A DNA stretch of 64,000 bases, taken from the NCBI GenBank assembly GCA_964035545.1, contig OZ037766.1:6624722-6688721 (forward strand). Reading direction: 5' to 3'. A program made the translations under genes and the position numbers. This DNA comes from Bugula neritina. Its lineage: Eukaryota; Animalia; Bryozoa. This document shows positions 1 through 12,423 of this stretch, in pieces. The notes beneath the pieces were generated by a model that was not told the origin of the DNA, did no database searches, and was given only the letters and a program-made list of their open reading frames with translations. Each line of letters begins with the position of its first letter. Positions within the stretch are counted from its first letter, which is position 1.

Positions 1-2
1 AT

Positions 3-353
3 AAAGATGTTGCTGATAAAGACAGCAATGATATCAAACCCCGTAATAAAGGTGCTAAAGTGACTAAAACCGCCTCACATAATGCTTTAACTAGTCAAAT
101 TAGTGAAGAGCCATTTGAGCCAGACTATGATATAGAACTCGGCGAGTCTAATCGCTCTGCCGAAAATAGTGATCATCACGTAAGCACTCAGTCTGACGAG
201 GAGGATTGTGCGAGCAACAGCGAATCCGAAGATGATTCGGAAGTGAAAAAGAGTAAAAAACACAAACGGAGATCGTCCAGTAGCAAACACAAAAAACATA
301 AGAAGCACAGCAAAAAGAGCAAGCATAAAAAGCATAAAAGTGATCGCAAGTAA
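3..353 (+). CDS. RBBP6: C-terminal exon of an RBBP6-like protein (gene starts before the window)
   Basis: Frame is open from base 3 to TAA at 351-353. EEPFEPDY followed by an acidic/Ser stretch and a KKHKKHKKH tail resembles the vertebrate RBBP6 C-terminus (FEPDY...KKHKKHKKH). AATAAA at 831. Confidence 0.55.
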   Translation, partial: KDVADKDSNDIKPRNKGAKVTKTASHNALTSQISEEPFEPDYDIELGESNRSAENSDHHVSTQSDEEDCASNSESEDDSEVKKSKKHKRRSSSSKHKKHKKHSKKSKHKKHKSDRK

Positions 354-1662
354 CAAAAGCTGTCATTTCAACTAATATGCTTTGGTGACTTGGTAAAATT
401 AGTGTGGCAATGTGCAGCCACCAGTATATTCCGTACCTGTGCTAGTACAAGTGGCCATGCAACTGTAAATCTTCCTGGAATTATTCATTTTGTCTTCTGT
501 GATGAGCTCATGTTTTTTACATTGAGCATAATGATGCATTTAATTGCTTTAACTCAATCTTGCTACAGTCAAGCCAGTTACTCTGAACTATCTACTTTAC
601 TTATAATATAATTAAAATCTATTTTTACGAATATGTGTAATGAAATTGGTAGCTATCACTTTTTTGAGTATACCAAAGTGAATGTTTTATAAAATGTCTT
701 GATGTATTATTTTGAAATTCAGGCCATTTTGTACATAATAATTAAAGTAAGTGTATGGAAAGGATACTAGTTACAACCATTAAATTCCAGGGTCTTTTGT
801 GTATTATTGATATTTTAATGAGGCAGATGCAATAAAAAATAAATATAAATACTGTGCTCATCCTTTTTTGTGTGCATCGCAATATTTGGTTGGCCTACTA
901 GGGAAACTGTGGAAGGCCCCTCTCCCCCAGCAAAATATGCAACACTCACCAGAATTTCAGACTAGCAACTTGATCTTCTGTTTGCAAAGACAACGTGAGT
1001 GAAGCTATTGGATTTCCCTTCACATGCTGGTGAGAAATGAGCTACTGCCCAATTTGGGTAGATTTTAGACATATACATCATTACTGCTCATTGAACTTGA
1101 AAAATTTATACCTTGTAGCTCAGCTTGATATAAAGCAAGATACTGGCACAAGGCCAGGATGTTTTATTTTATCAACTGTTGGTAATGGCCTACCTGAAGA
1201 CTAACATTTGCACCAGCTATTTTCAAAACAAAGTTTATTTTTTGTTTTAATAGTTGCTTCCCCTTTATTGACTTCAGCCAGTAATTAGACATTATTTTAC
1301 ACAAATAAATTGATAATAGGAGATTATTACACTTTAAAACCAATTTCCAATAAAACAAAAACCATCTGAAACAATCATCTTGAAATGAGTTCTAATATGC
1401 AACGCTAGATATAACCTAATACACTTTCCATAAGGAGTATCTGAAAATATATAAATACTTGTAAAACATTACAATATATTATAATGCATTGTAGTTAATT
1501 TGCCTATATTCTGAGTCAAAATAGTTTAATGTAAATTTCCTAAGTGATCCAAGGATCATGTAGCAATGGTTAGGGAGCAACAACAAATATAACAAACAGT
1601 ATTTATATTCTTGAGAAAACACTAATGTCTATTCAATTTGCTTTGCACCATTGTTCTTGTCT

Positions 1663-2435
1663 TTACTTTTTACAAGCTTCCTCAAGGTAAGCTATCAAAT
1701 CGGCTCTCTCATTTTCCTTTTTCAAACCAGCAAACACCATTTTTGTTCCAGGAATATATTTCTTAGGATTCTCCAAATAAACCCACAGAGTTTCTCTAGA
1801 CCATGTGATTCCTTTATAACAAAACACAATATCATCAAAACAGATTCACAATTGTAACTTCACAGTGAAATTCTGGGGAAATCTCATGGCTATTGCAAAC
1901 ATGAAAAAAAATCAAGTAGCCATTAAAAGAATAAATGAATACTTAACAAGGTTTGATAGAGAAATTATTTATATATTTTATTTCTCTAACATGAGAGTAT
2001 ACTAGCATTTTCAAATACTACATCATTTCATGTTTTTCTAAAGTTACCACACATACTTTTTATAACAAGGGACAGAGCTGTACCTTATAATTTTATATGT
2101 ATTGCGATAATATACTTTATACAATACTTATTATTCTAATATTTTCAGCATTTTTGGGCAATCAAGTGAATAAACCTGGTACTAATTTTCTTTGCAAAAG
2201 AACATAGTAAAAAAATGAAGCCATTATATAAACTATCAAGTTGTTGCTAGTTACCTTTATTCACATTTGCTGCAGTATAAGAGAATCCTGGAGCTTGACC
2301 TGTTTTTCTACCAATCAAACCATATAAATTAGGTCCAGTCTTGTGTTTGCCACCTTTCTCTATAGTATGACATTGGGTACACTTTTTTGTAAACAGTTTC
2401 TTTCCTTTTGCTGGATCTCCGGGAGTATCAGCCAT
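1663..2435 (-). CDS. CYCS: Cytochrome c, 109 aa; coding exons 2435-2255 and 1811-1663; probable 5'UTR exon ending at ~3200
   Basis: [10 protein letters not shown], heme motif CTQCH, HKTGPNL, GITW...[19 protein letters not shown]. The phase-1 intron joins in frame; TAA at 1665-1663. Confidence 0.97.
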
Positions 2436-2629
2436 TCTAAAAATAGAATTGAAAAACACATTGGTAACTCTGCTGACAAATAGTACTTGATGCCTGTTAT
2501 TTGTTTTTAAAAAACCAGGTGTGTTTAAAGCTGCCATGAGAGGAAAAGTTATTTTTAAGTACGCTTAGGTTTGTGAATGCTGTGGTATAAGAGCAAATGT
2601 GACCGGATGCGTTTTATGACCTATGGGTA

Positions 2630-3190
2630 AGTACAGTAGTGGTACTAGTAGTAGTACACACTCACACTGACACTGGACTGCGGCTGATCCATTTTTTATT
2701 GATATTACAAGTCACTTCGATCCATTTTATATGTTTATGATGATGATTATGATGATGATCATCATAATGATGATTAAATTTAATGAGTGTCAATATGAAT
2801 AAATATGAACTGGAATATCACTTTAATTTAACTTTTTTTTCAAACTTGAGATTTTCACTTTTCGACTATAAAACTAAAAGTAAGTGATACACTTACTCTT
2901 AGACTTAGTCTTACACTTACAGATTGAGATATTGAATTTGATATTGATAATATTCTGACACTATAACATCAACTATAAGTATAATAATAATAATATCAAA
3001 TTCAATTACAATATGAATATATATAATTTAAATTAATATTATATTTATAATCCAACTCATATTGATATTGTAATTGAATTTGATTTAAAATTAATTTCAT
3101 GCACAACATCACTCGAAGTTAGTCACTAAATCAGTATTATTTTAAATCGATATTGTTATTTTGTACAAATAACTACTTTAAACTTCAAGT
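2630..3190. repeat. 3-bp-periodic mosaic low-complexity tract in cytochrome c intron 1
   Basis: Examples: gtagtggtactagtagtagtac, atgatgatgattatgatgatgatcatcataatg, aacatcaactataagtataataataat. Confidence 0.7.
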
Positions 3191-3519
3191 TTTCATTACC
3201 TTTGGGGAAATTGTCTCAAGTAGAATCTACGCACAAATTTGGTTTCACTTCGAACCTTCTGTTACGAAATAAGGCCGGTTACTGTATTATATATTCTTGG
3301 ATGATGAAGGCGTGATGTAAAATTATTTTCTGTTTAGGGGTGTCTCAAATAGTTTGCCAAATGTTATTTACATTTTGTTTATTTTATATTACATTTTTAA
3401 AAACAAATAAAAATATATAATAAAGAATATTAAAAATATATAACAAACGTAATTTTAATTATATTATATAATTAGCTTTATTTTTCTCAAAAATATTTTA
3501 CCCCTACCTTTTCTGAGAT

Positions 3520-3615
3520 TGAACATGCCGGCAATTACGATACCGGTGTGAAACACGTGCATATTGACGTACAACGCAGGACGTGGTGGAAAAAACTCCG
3601 TAATCCGTTACCCAA
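3520..3615. promoter_or_regulatory. CpG-containing patch upstream of cytochrome c with an E-box (CACGTG 3554-3559) and a CRE-like TGACGT (3565-3570)
   Basis: Local cluster of CpGs in otherwise AT-rich DNA, ~300 bp upstream of the inferred 5'UTR exon. Confidence 0.35.
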
Positions 3616-4408
3616 TTTACAAATTGAATAATGAAACAGTAGTTATTGAAGGTTCAAAATCCCAACTAAAATAAAATATATTGCACGAATTAAAACTTTG
3701 CAACGACATAAAATTTAAGAACGTATGCCATTATTTTTACCAACAAGTTAAGCTACCTAGCCTAATAATAGACCATGCTTTTTTTATTTGCCACTTGTTT
3801 TTTTGAGAAAGTTTTTAGTCGTATATGATACACTATAAAGTGAATAAACCCTCTCCTAACATGACAATTTGCTAATATATGTAGTAAAGCAAATTTGCCA
3901 ACTGCATCAATAGACCATTCTTTGCAATAGCTTGTTGTAGTTTAGGAATTCGAAAAAAATCATAGAATAGATTTTATAGAAAATTTTATTGTATTCACAC
4001 ATTCACATGCACCTTCGCAAACACAACCATTAAATAACAAAATATTCAAAGACTATGATATATATGAAAGACGGTGGCAGATATATCACAATATAACATA
4101 GTCTTTGGCTCTCATAAAAAACTTTCTAGAAAATAGAAGATGATGAAATCACATTTCAAAACAACTCATTATGCAAACAAAATATGAATAGATCACATTA
4201 AAACGAACAAAAAACATACTAAAACAATATAAAAATAATAAATGGCATAACATAATAATTAAATTCATTAATTCACTTACTATAAAAATTCCACTGCATG
4301 AAAATATTAACAGGATAAAAGTTGAGAAAGTGTTCCCAGAAGAAATTTAAGCCAATTAGTGGACAGGACACTCAACTCCTCATGTCTAACTAACAAATTG
4401 TATTAAAA

Positions 4409-7400
4409 TTAATCTTTCTTAAGACCCTGCAGTTCAACGGAGGTGCTTGATCTAGCCTTATAAGTTTTTCTATAGAAGTTCAAGAAAAGAGCTTTCTGAG
4501 TGAACATGTAGACGAAGAGCAGCCATGCGTAACCTCTTGGATATCCACAGTCAATATATAACATACAGCAAGTGTGAAATGTTACAATCCAAAACTGAAT
4601 CTACAAAAAGAATATGAAAATGCAATATATAACATACATTCATACATAATGACGATATGACCCAATGCAATACTATCAGTTAAAAACCACAGTGCGGAAT
4701 GCGTAAAATTATTTTTATAGCTTTACAATGTATGAGCCACCACATCGACTTAATAATTCTTTATTCCTTAAAACTTTTTTATTCAAAGCGAGTCTTTGTT
4801 TGGCAGAAAATGTCTTGCAAATACTTATTCTTTTACATTATAAGTATAAGTTCTCAAGCTTAGCACAAACCGTGGGACAGACAACTACCAACTTATAAAT
4901 TTTTAATATTTCATTCACTGGTGAGTAAGTAGGCTTTTGGTGAAAGTAGAAAACACATGCTTTTTAGTGTTGAGGGATATTTAGTGTTGTTAATGAATAA
5001 CCAACATCGTTGATAAATATCTAATTCTATCTATTTCCATGCTACTATATCAATATCAGGCTACAAGATATACTACATTTCAGAGGAGGAAGACAACCCC
5101 AAATTATGATGCTATCAGATGGTGGTTTAGATTTTATTAGAAGACAACTCCAACATTATGTAAATTGGATAAGATATTTGTAGGGTGTCTGTTTGGAACA
5201 ACTATAGTATGATAAAGTAGAAATGAAAATTAAATCAAATCAAATTAAAAATTCTCAAAATTTGAAAAAAAAACTTACCAGTTGCAGGCGAGTCAAATAC
5301 TTTTTCCACCATAAATAAGGACGAACAGAATCTCCTAGAGCCGAGAGCATGTAGTATGTATACATAATCACGTGAACAAAAGAGTTCATCATTGTAGAGA
5401 AATATGCTAAAAAATGAAACCAGGAATATTTTTCAATATCAATTGTATCACAGTGAATATTCCTTCTACAACTATTTATAGATATCTATTATATAAAATT
5501 AGAAAAAAAATTAACATCTTATTGCCTGTATTGCACAAGTATTTACCAAAACTTTACTAGTTAGACATGCCAGTGTTCAAAGATAATTCAATAGGAAGAC
5601 CGACTTTCTAATAGAAGATATAACTTAGTCTTTAAAATAAATTACATAATTTAAATAAATTTAATAAACCAGCAACAACTTCATCACTAGTGGATAGTTT
5701 CAGGGATAAAACAAAATGATCAATAAAAGAAATCTTTTTAGTAATTTTCAACAATTTAAAATTGTGGCTAAATATTTTGTTGTTTCAAGTTGAAAGTTAT
5801 TTTGAGTAAATAAATAATGCACTGAAAATATTCATAAATTTTATTAAAATGAAGAATCAATTTACCTGAGCCACCTCCACAGTGCTTAACAGTTGCCCAC
5901 CACAAGAAGAACATAGTCGAGTGATGATAAACATGTAGGAAGGAAATCTGAGAATTCTTCTTACGGAGGACGAATACAAACTAAAATAGAGTAACACAGT
6001 CTTCATTACAGAAACACGAACCAATAAGAAAATTAGCAAAAAGAAGATTTCCTGTGCCTGTAATTATTATTAACTATTTTGAACTTACAGTTTCAATAAA
6101 CTCAGCACCTTTTGATATGTAGTATATCCATAACACTGACAGCAACTGTAAATACATAAATACCCCTTATACGTGTACAATTCATATAAACAATGTATAC
6201 ACACAATGTACCCATGTAATGTACACACACAATGTACACACACAATGTATACGCGCAATGTACTAATCAATACACAATGTATTCCTGTATTCCTTGCCGT
6301 ACCTACACATACATACTATACATACAGGTAAATTTACACTTACCCTAAGTGAATAGGGATCATCAGAATAGTCTACTGGAGCACAGGCTAAGCTTGAAAA
6401 AGTAGGGTTAAGTACAGAGACACTAAACATCTACAATAGAAGAAATAAGTTGTTAGCAGATGAGCTGATTACACTGCTCTCTGCTATATTACATGACGCA
6501 ATGTTTATAAACCTAAAAGCCAATAACTATGAGACGGAGACAAAAAATATGAGATCGCAACTCTAGCAGCTGTAACTGTGACGTGTACAAAGCTAGTTTC
6601 TTTAAGGAGTGTATACTGGCTTATTGATTTCTCAGTAATAACTAACTTACATTACAATTAGTGAGACATAAAATTTAATAGACAAGTATGAGTAGACAAA
6701 CTGCTTCAAGTAACTGTAACATGATAAGGAAATCTCCAAGAAAACCTATTCAACCTCTGTTCTCTATAACCAGTATATCAGGATAGTTGGTGAAACAATA
6801 AATAGCAAACAGTAACAATACAAAATATTACACTAAAGTAGAGGCCACTTTATCTCTGAACACTGTTTAACTCTTTAGCCACTATCCCTGTGAGAAACCC
6901 TGATGAAAAGGTTGTTTTTTATAAATCTGGCTAAGGGCTTATTCAGATGAGGCACAGCAGCAAGTATGACTGGATGCTCTTCCTAACATCATCAATAGTC
7001 GTTACTGGGTTTCAAACCCATGATTCCGTGTTTACTAAACCAATGCTCTAACCCCTAGACCAAAGCTATTTAACTAACACACACAAAATCAGAAAACGTC
7101 CTTTAATGCAGAAGGTAATAAAATCTCACCTCTATAGTCATATATAAAGAAACTAGCACCATACAGAAGTTATAAACTATAATGAAGTATTTTAAGTTCC
7201 AGGGTTTCCTGGTCTCCATAAACTTTGGTCCAATGCAACATACAGCTAGATAAATAGATATTAAGGTGATGGTCGGCCATATTGATGACATAAGAAAAGT
7301 TCCCTTTAATCTAGCATCTACAAGTACAAAAATATACTATAACACCAAGTTGAGAAGAGTCATACAAAACAAAAAATAAAAATAAAAAATTGCACATATA

Positions 7401-7608
7401 TTTCACCATACTTATAGTAAACAAAATCTTATAATTTACCCCAAAAAATCTAACTAAATACAATGAATAAATAGGTAAACAAATAAATGCCTATGTTCTC
7501 CATTTACATTCAGGTTATGGTTGCATAGCTACCTTCAGTTGGTGTTCCAAGTTGCTGAAATATCCATGCAGCAGGTTCTAATGTAGAGTTTGGTAAAAGT
7601 TCAACCAT
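4409..7608 (-). CDS. ELOVL-family fatty acyl elongase (ELOVL4/8-like paralogue), 280 aa; exons 7608-7533, 7317-7130, 6430-6344, 6145-6089, 5980-5866, 5406-5279, 4600-4409
   Basis: [24 protein letters not shown] (His box), [31 protein letters not shown]. All GT-AG junctions are phase-compatible. Confidence 0.93.
6870..7068 (-). mobile_element. tRNA-derived SINE (degenerate) in an ELOVL intron
   Basis: Minus strand shows A-box-like TGGTCTAGGGGTTAG and B-box-like GGTTTGAAACC, followed by AGGAAGAGCATCCAGTC, which resembles a conserved SINE central motif. Confidence 0.55.
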
Positions 7609-8669
7609 CTTCACTACAACTATATTAAAATAATGAACTAAATCAGCTGCATAGTTAAATTGCATGATGTTAGTTCTGTAACTATATCCACTGACAATAA
7701 GCAGAGTCTATTTGATAAGACCAAAATAGATTTACTGCATGCTACAATGATTTATAACACTCAAGAGATACTTTAGCCTGACAAATGACAATTTTAAGAT
7801 AAAAATCGCAAATGTCCAATAATTGAAATAACTCAGTATAACGCACAAAGTTTAGTAACACAATCACACAAACACTTACACAGTTATACATACTAAACAA
7901 GTCAGCCTATCTATATACTTGTCAACATAAAATTTGTTTAGCATCCAACTATAATATGTTTATTAATAGCGAAATACATTACAATGCTACTACCATACAT
8001 TTTTTTGCAAATTATGTTCTAAAAATAAATGTTGTGCAATTGCTATATACAAAATCTGACAGGGTCAATACCATAACATGTAGCTTGTGGCTAAGAGCTT
8101 ACACTTCTTAGCAATATGATGTGAGCCTTCAGCCACTACACTACGAGGACAAAAAGGGAAAGGCTATTAGGCCAAAGTATCCTTGAAGAGGGCTAAGTGA
8201 GCTCCTAGTAAGCTGCACCTGAACGGTAAGCATTGGTGCTTCATCTGCATGACTTACCAGGCACTATGAGCATAAGGAGAGGGTAAACATAAGAGCGAGA
8301 GTCAACATTGAAGAGAGAGGAAACTACAGCACTGACCTCAACATCATCAAATCTATGGCTAACCTCAAGACAAAAAGGAAAACAAGGGAAACTCATCACA
8401 CAGACACCATATGTAAGTCATATAAAGTTAGAGGAAGTGTGGCTGTGCAATAGATGAAGGCTGGTAGAGTGAAAGCCAATGAGATATTATGCAATGCATT
8501 AAAGAAGCACCTGGGCACTGTTGGAAGAGACATCAAGACTAGTTTGACAAAAACAATCACAATGCATAACTTCTGGAACTCACAAAGACAAATACTACTA
8601 AAAGTAAATGGCATTAAACATTCAAAAAACATGTCTACACATTTTATTGCACAATTGCTTGATGATTTC

Positions 8670-9100
8670 AAAAGTATAACTGTATACAGTTTTAGATATA
8701 CTTATGGTATAACTATAGGTATTATATTTAGTTATAATACTATAAGTATAACTATTAGTTTTAGTATTAGTAATTACTCTAATTACTATTAGCTTTTAAA
8801 TATATTTAATTCTAAATTTATTATAAACTAATAATTATAAAGATTTATAATAGATATTCATAATTCAAACCAGTTGATTTTACTATTACAATTAGTATTA
8901 CAAGTTCAAGTTGCAGTTAAAATTTATTATTATCATTATGATTATATTTAAATCAAGTCAAATTATTATATTTATTATCAAGATTTATATTAGATTATCA
9001 TTATGAAGTACTATTAAATTTAATATAAAATTAAACGTTAGAGTTTGGATCAAATAATATATTTGAATGATTAGTAGTACTAGTTCTCCAAACATTTAGC
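8670..9100. repeat. 3-bp-periodic mosaic tract in the first intron of the minus-strand ELOVL
   Basis: Examples: actattagttttagtattagtaattactctaattactatt, caagttcaagttgcagtt, attattatcattatgatt. Confidence 0.7.
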
Positions 9101-9500
9101 TATAACCTTAGGCTTAGAGTTAAAATGGTAATGGTCTCTACAAAATCTCTTCTAACAATGCATCCATATGCGACCATTGAAGTATAATATTTCACATTTC
9201 TGAAACTCAGGCTTCTTAAAGCATGATCCGATTCATTGAAATGTATATCATAATTATATGTAGCTACATGAGGAGTTCTAATACATTGATATGATTAGCC
9301 AAGAGAGAAACCGCCTGATTGTGTTTATTCAATAATAATAAAGCTTGTAAATGCTTGACCGTTGATTGGTCATGTAATTGTTTTCTTGTAGCTACGCAAT
9401 TTGTTTTGAAAGAAGAAAAAATATGAACCGCGGTTTACAATTATTTTTATGAATTCTTTCAATAAAATGGTTCAGTCTATGTTTCTTAAGCTATCTCTCG
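9100..9500. promoter_or_regulatory. Probable bidirectional promoter of the divergent ELOVL pair
   Basis: Non-periodic, CpG-containing core between two divergent genes. ATTGG (reverse CCAAT) at ~9365; minus-strand donor AAG|GTTATA at 9107/9106. Confidence 0.5.
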
Positions 9501-9734
9501 TAAAATGAAGTAGGAGTAGTAAATATAATAAGTGTAATTGTAATACTATATTCTTATAGAATAGTATAACTATATACTTATAATTATAATTGTAATACTA
9601 ATAGTAATATTAGTACTAGTAGTAGTAGTAGTAGTAATTCTACGACTACTCACTAGTAGTAGTACTAGTAGCCTACTACTACTCTAGTACTACTAGTTCT
9701 AGTACTAATACTAATAGTACTACTGCTGCTGCTG

Positions 9735-9815
<81 letters not shown>

Positions 9816-10750
9816 GTACTACTAGTGAACTACTAGTAGTAGTAGTAGTACTACTACTACTAGAGTACTACTACTAGAGTACTACTACTAGAGTACTACT
9901 ACTAGCGCTAAAACTAACATTAACTTTAAGAAGTAAACTGTAAATGTAATTTACTCATACTGATACTAAATATAATACTAATAGTAATAGCAGTAGACAT
10001 AGTAATACTAATAATAGTGTTATATATGCATCATTATGATATAAAATTTAATATGTAATATATGCTAATACAGTTATACTAAAACTAAAAGTTAATCTTA
10101 TGACTGAAACAATAATAATAATGTTCATTTTGAATGTGGTCTTACTTTCATAACCATAAAACTTGGTTTTAAAAAGTTTTATTAAGTATTTTGTAGACAT
10201 TATTAAAAAAACTGTTCTCAATTAACATTATACCTAGTCTTATACTTATAAGTTCTTATACTTATAAGTTATAGCCTATGGTTTATAACTTATACTTATA
10301 GCACACTGGTGCAGTGATGCTGATACTTCAAGTAATAGATTATATTAAAAAATACTTCCCCTAATTACTAAATACTAATAGTAAATTTACTAGGCAATTA
10401 TTTTAAATTAATAAGTATATTATGAGCAACATCATAATATAATATGAAGAATAATATTGATAAGAATGTTAAAAATAGTAGAAAAGCTTGGAAATGAAAA
10501 TGCTGAAAAATAGGCACATTTCTCAATGCTGTTGCAAAGTTGCAATGCTTGTTTTTTTTAAATTAAAATTAACAGTGCTAAGTGAGTGTGACTAAGTTTT
10601 AACTAATACCAAATAATAATTGAAAATCGCTATAAATGATAATGAATTATCACAATGATATTAATTACTAAGCTGTAACTTGTATTGCTTTTACTATATA
10701 CTTGCAGTATTGTTGTTAAATACTTTGTTAACTAAACTGTGCCAAACCCC
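9500..10750. repeat. 3-bp-periodic mosaic tract including a (CTA)n/(TAG)n microsatellite (~9600-9910) in ELOVL4 intron 1
   Basis: Long (CTA)n run at ~9735-9815 with adjacent (TAG)n, grading into aat/act/agt/att mosaics and tatacttataagttatag words. Confidence 0.85.
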
Positions 10751-12423
10751 AAACTTGACTTAAAAAGGAAAAAATTTGTGGCTCTATATTTATCTTGCTT
10801 GTAAATTTTGTGGTAAATGTTTTACTGTTAATAGATTCAACTAGTAAATAACTTCTAAATTGAACTCTTTAAAAATGAGCAAAAGTGACTATAGCTGAGT
10901 TTAAGTAATGTTTAATCAAGTATTCTCTGTATGTTTTTGGAAGTTCCATATCTCAAGTTAACTGGATGACATCAATGACCTGATTTTAGTCTACATCAAG
11001 ATTTTGTTCAACTTGTCTGAGTCTTTAACACTTACTAATTACACTGGCAATTTATTAACACCGGCCAAGTACTTGCAGAAATGTAACAGTACTCTCTGAG
11101 ACATCTGATTTACTGGGTGTTGTGCTGTGGTTGGTAGTTATTTTACTAATAACTATTAATTATAGGTGTTGTGTTCTTGAACAAGACCAAGAAATGTTTA
11201 TTCACACATGTTTAAAAGTATGTCTATTTTAAATAAACAAGTTAGCTAATTTAGCACTGTTTATTTGAAAAGTGTTTAGCACCAATCATACAAATCAGTA
11301 ATTAGTTATATATGCATTTAAATGGTTGCTCTCACTAGAACTGATCGCTTCTTCTGTCCATTCCATGGAGCAAACAAATTTTTGTAATCTTAATGTTATT
11401 TAAATTCCGACAGCTACATGACTAGGCCTATATAAATGCATACAACATATGAATTTGGAGCAAGAATTCAATTAAGGCCTAAAATGCTGCAGTGGTTGCT
11501 AATTATATGGAATTTTTCTATGGTTTAGAAGTAGTAAACTAAAGAATTTTTACTTTAAATTGTCACATCAATCAGTTTTCTAAATGTATAAAGCATTAAT
11601 ATATACATTTCTATGGATACTAATTAATAACAGTTATTAGAAGATAAGTTTTATCTTTATTACTTTTATATTAGTCCTTGAATTGTGGACAAAAGTTATT
11701 TGCTGAAAGATTATGAAATACTTAGCTGATATGTGGCTTACAGAAATTTTGGATTGCATTCCTTTTACTTGGTATCTTTGAGTCTTGTGATTTGAGTTTA
11801 GACTGTGCATGCTGCAAACTTGCGGTAAAGAGTGTTATTTAGCAACTTTAAGGGTTTAAAATCGCTACCCTATAAGTATGTAGAAATCAAATTTTAAATC
11901 TTCCATTAAATTGAATCTCTTATATTTCATCTGCTGTTAGCATAGATGCTGCTGCATAACTTGAACTAAGATGTTGGTTATTGCCAACAATTACAATGTA
12001 TATTAATTTTGTTTCCTACACAAACTGTAACTTGAAAACATAAACAATCAAGCCTAATTTACACCCATAAATAGAATTTTTTGCTTAAAAAAATTTATCA
12101 CATCAATATAGAAAAAAGTAATTGAATACTCACAATTATTATGGCAATAAGTTTGAAAGTTATGTGCATAATCATCATACAGAATAAAATTTTAAGTAAC
12201 GTGAATACAGTTCCCTTTTCTCCTTCTTGAACTGTGCTGGTTCATACAATAGTAATTATAGCCAACAACAAACAAAAAAGCTTTAGCTAAAAGCTCTTGT
12301 TACATACATTACTTGGCTAATTGAATACTATAGAAAGTTGGGCTTTTCTAGAAATGTTTTTATATGTTTATAAAATAATATTTATAGGTACATAGCAATA
12401 TACTTCTGGCATAATTACAAGCA

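Noticed and set aside
6890-6930. CTGATGA as another hammerhead core (also at ~48498 and ~32883)
   Set aside because: No correctly placed stem II, GAAA and NUH elements.
8396-8792. ORFs of 91 and 112 aa in the ELOVL first intron
   Set aside because: No recognisable domain or splice support; the 3' part simply reads through the periodic low-complexity tract.
9107-9177. Upstream ATGs in the putative first exon of the minus-strand ELOVL as an alternative N-terminus
   Set aside because: The phase-compatible ATG (9167) reaches TAG after 9 codons, and the ATG at 9177 is out of frame with the CDS. At most these are uORFs, and the exon itself is unverified.
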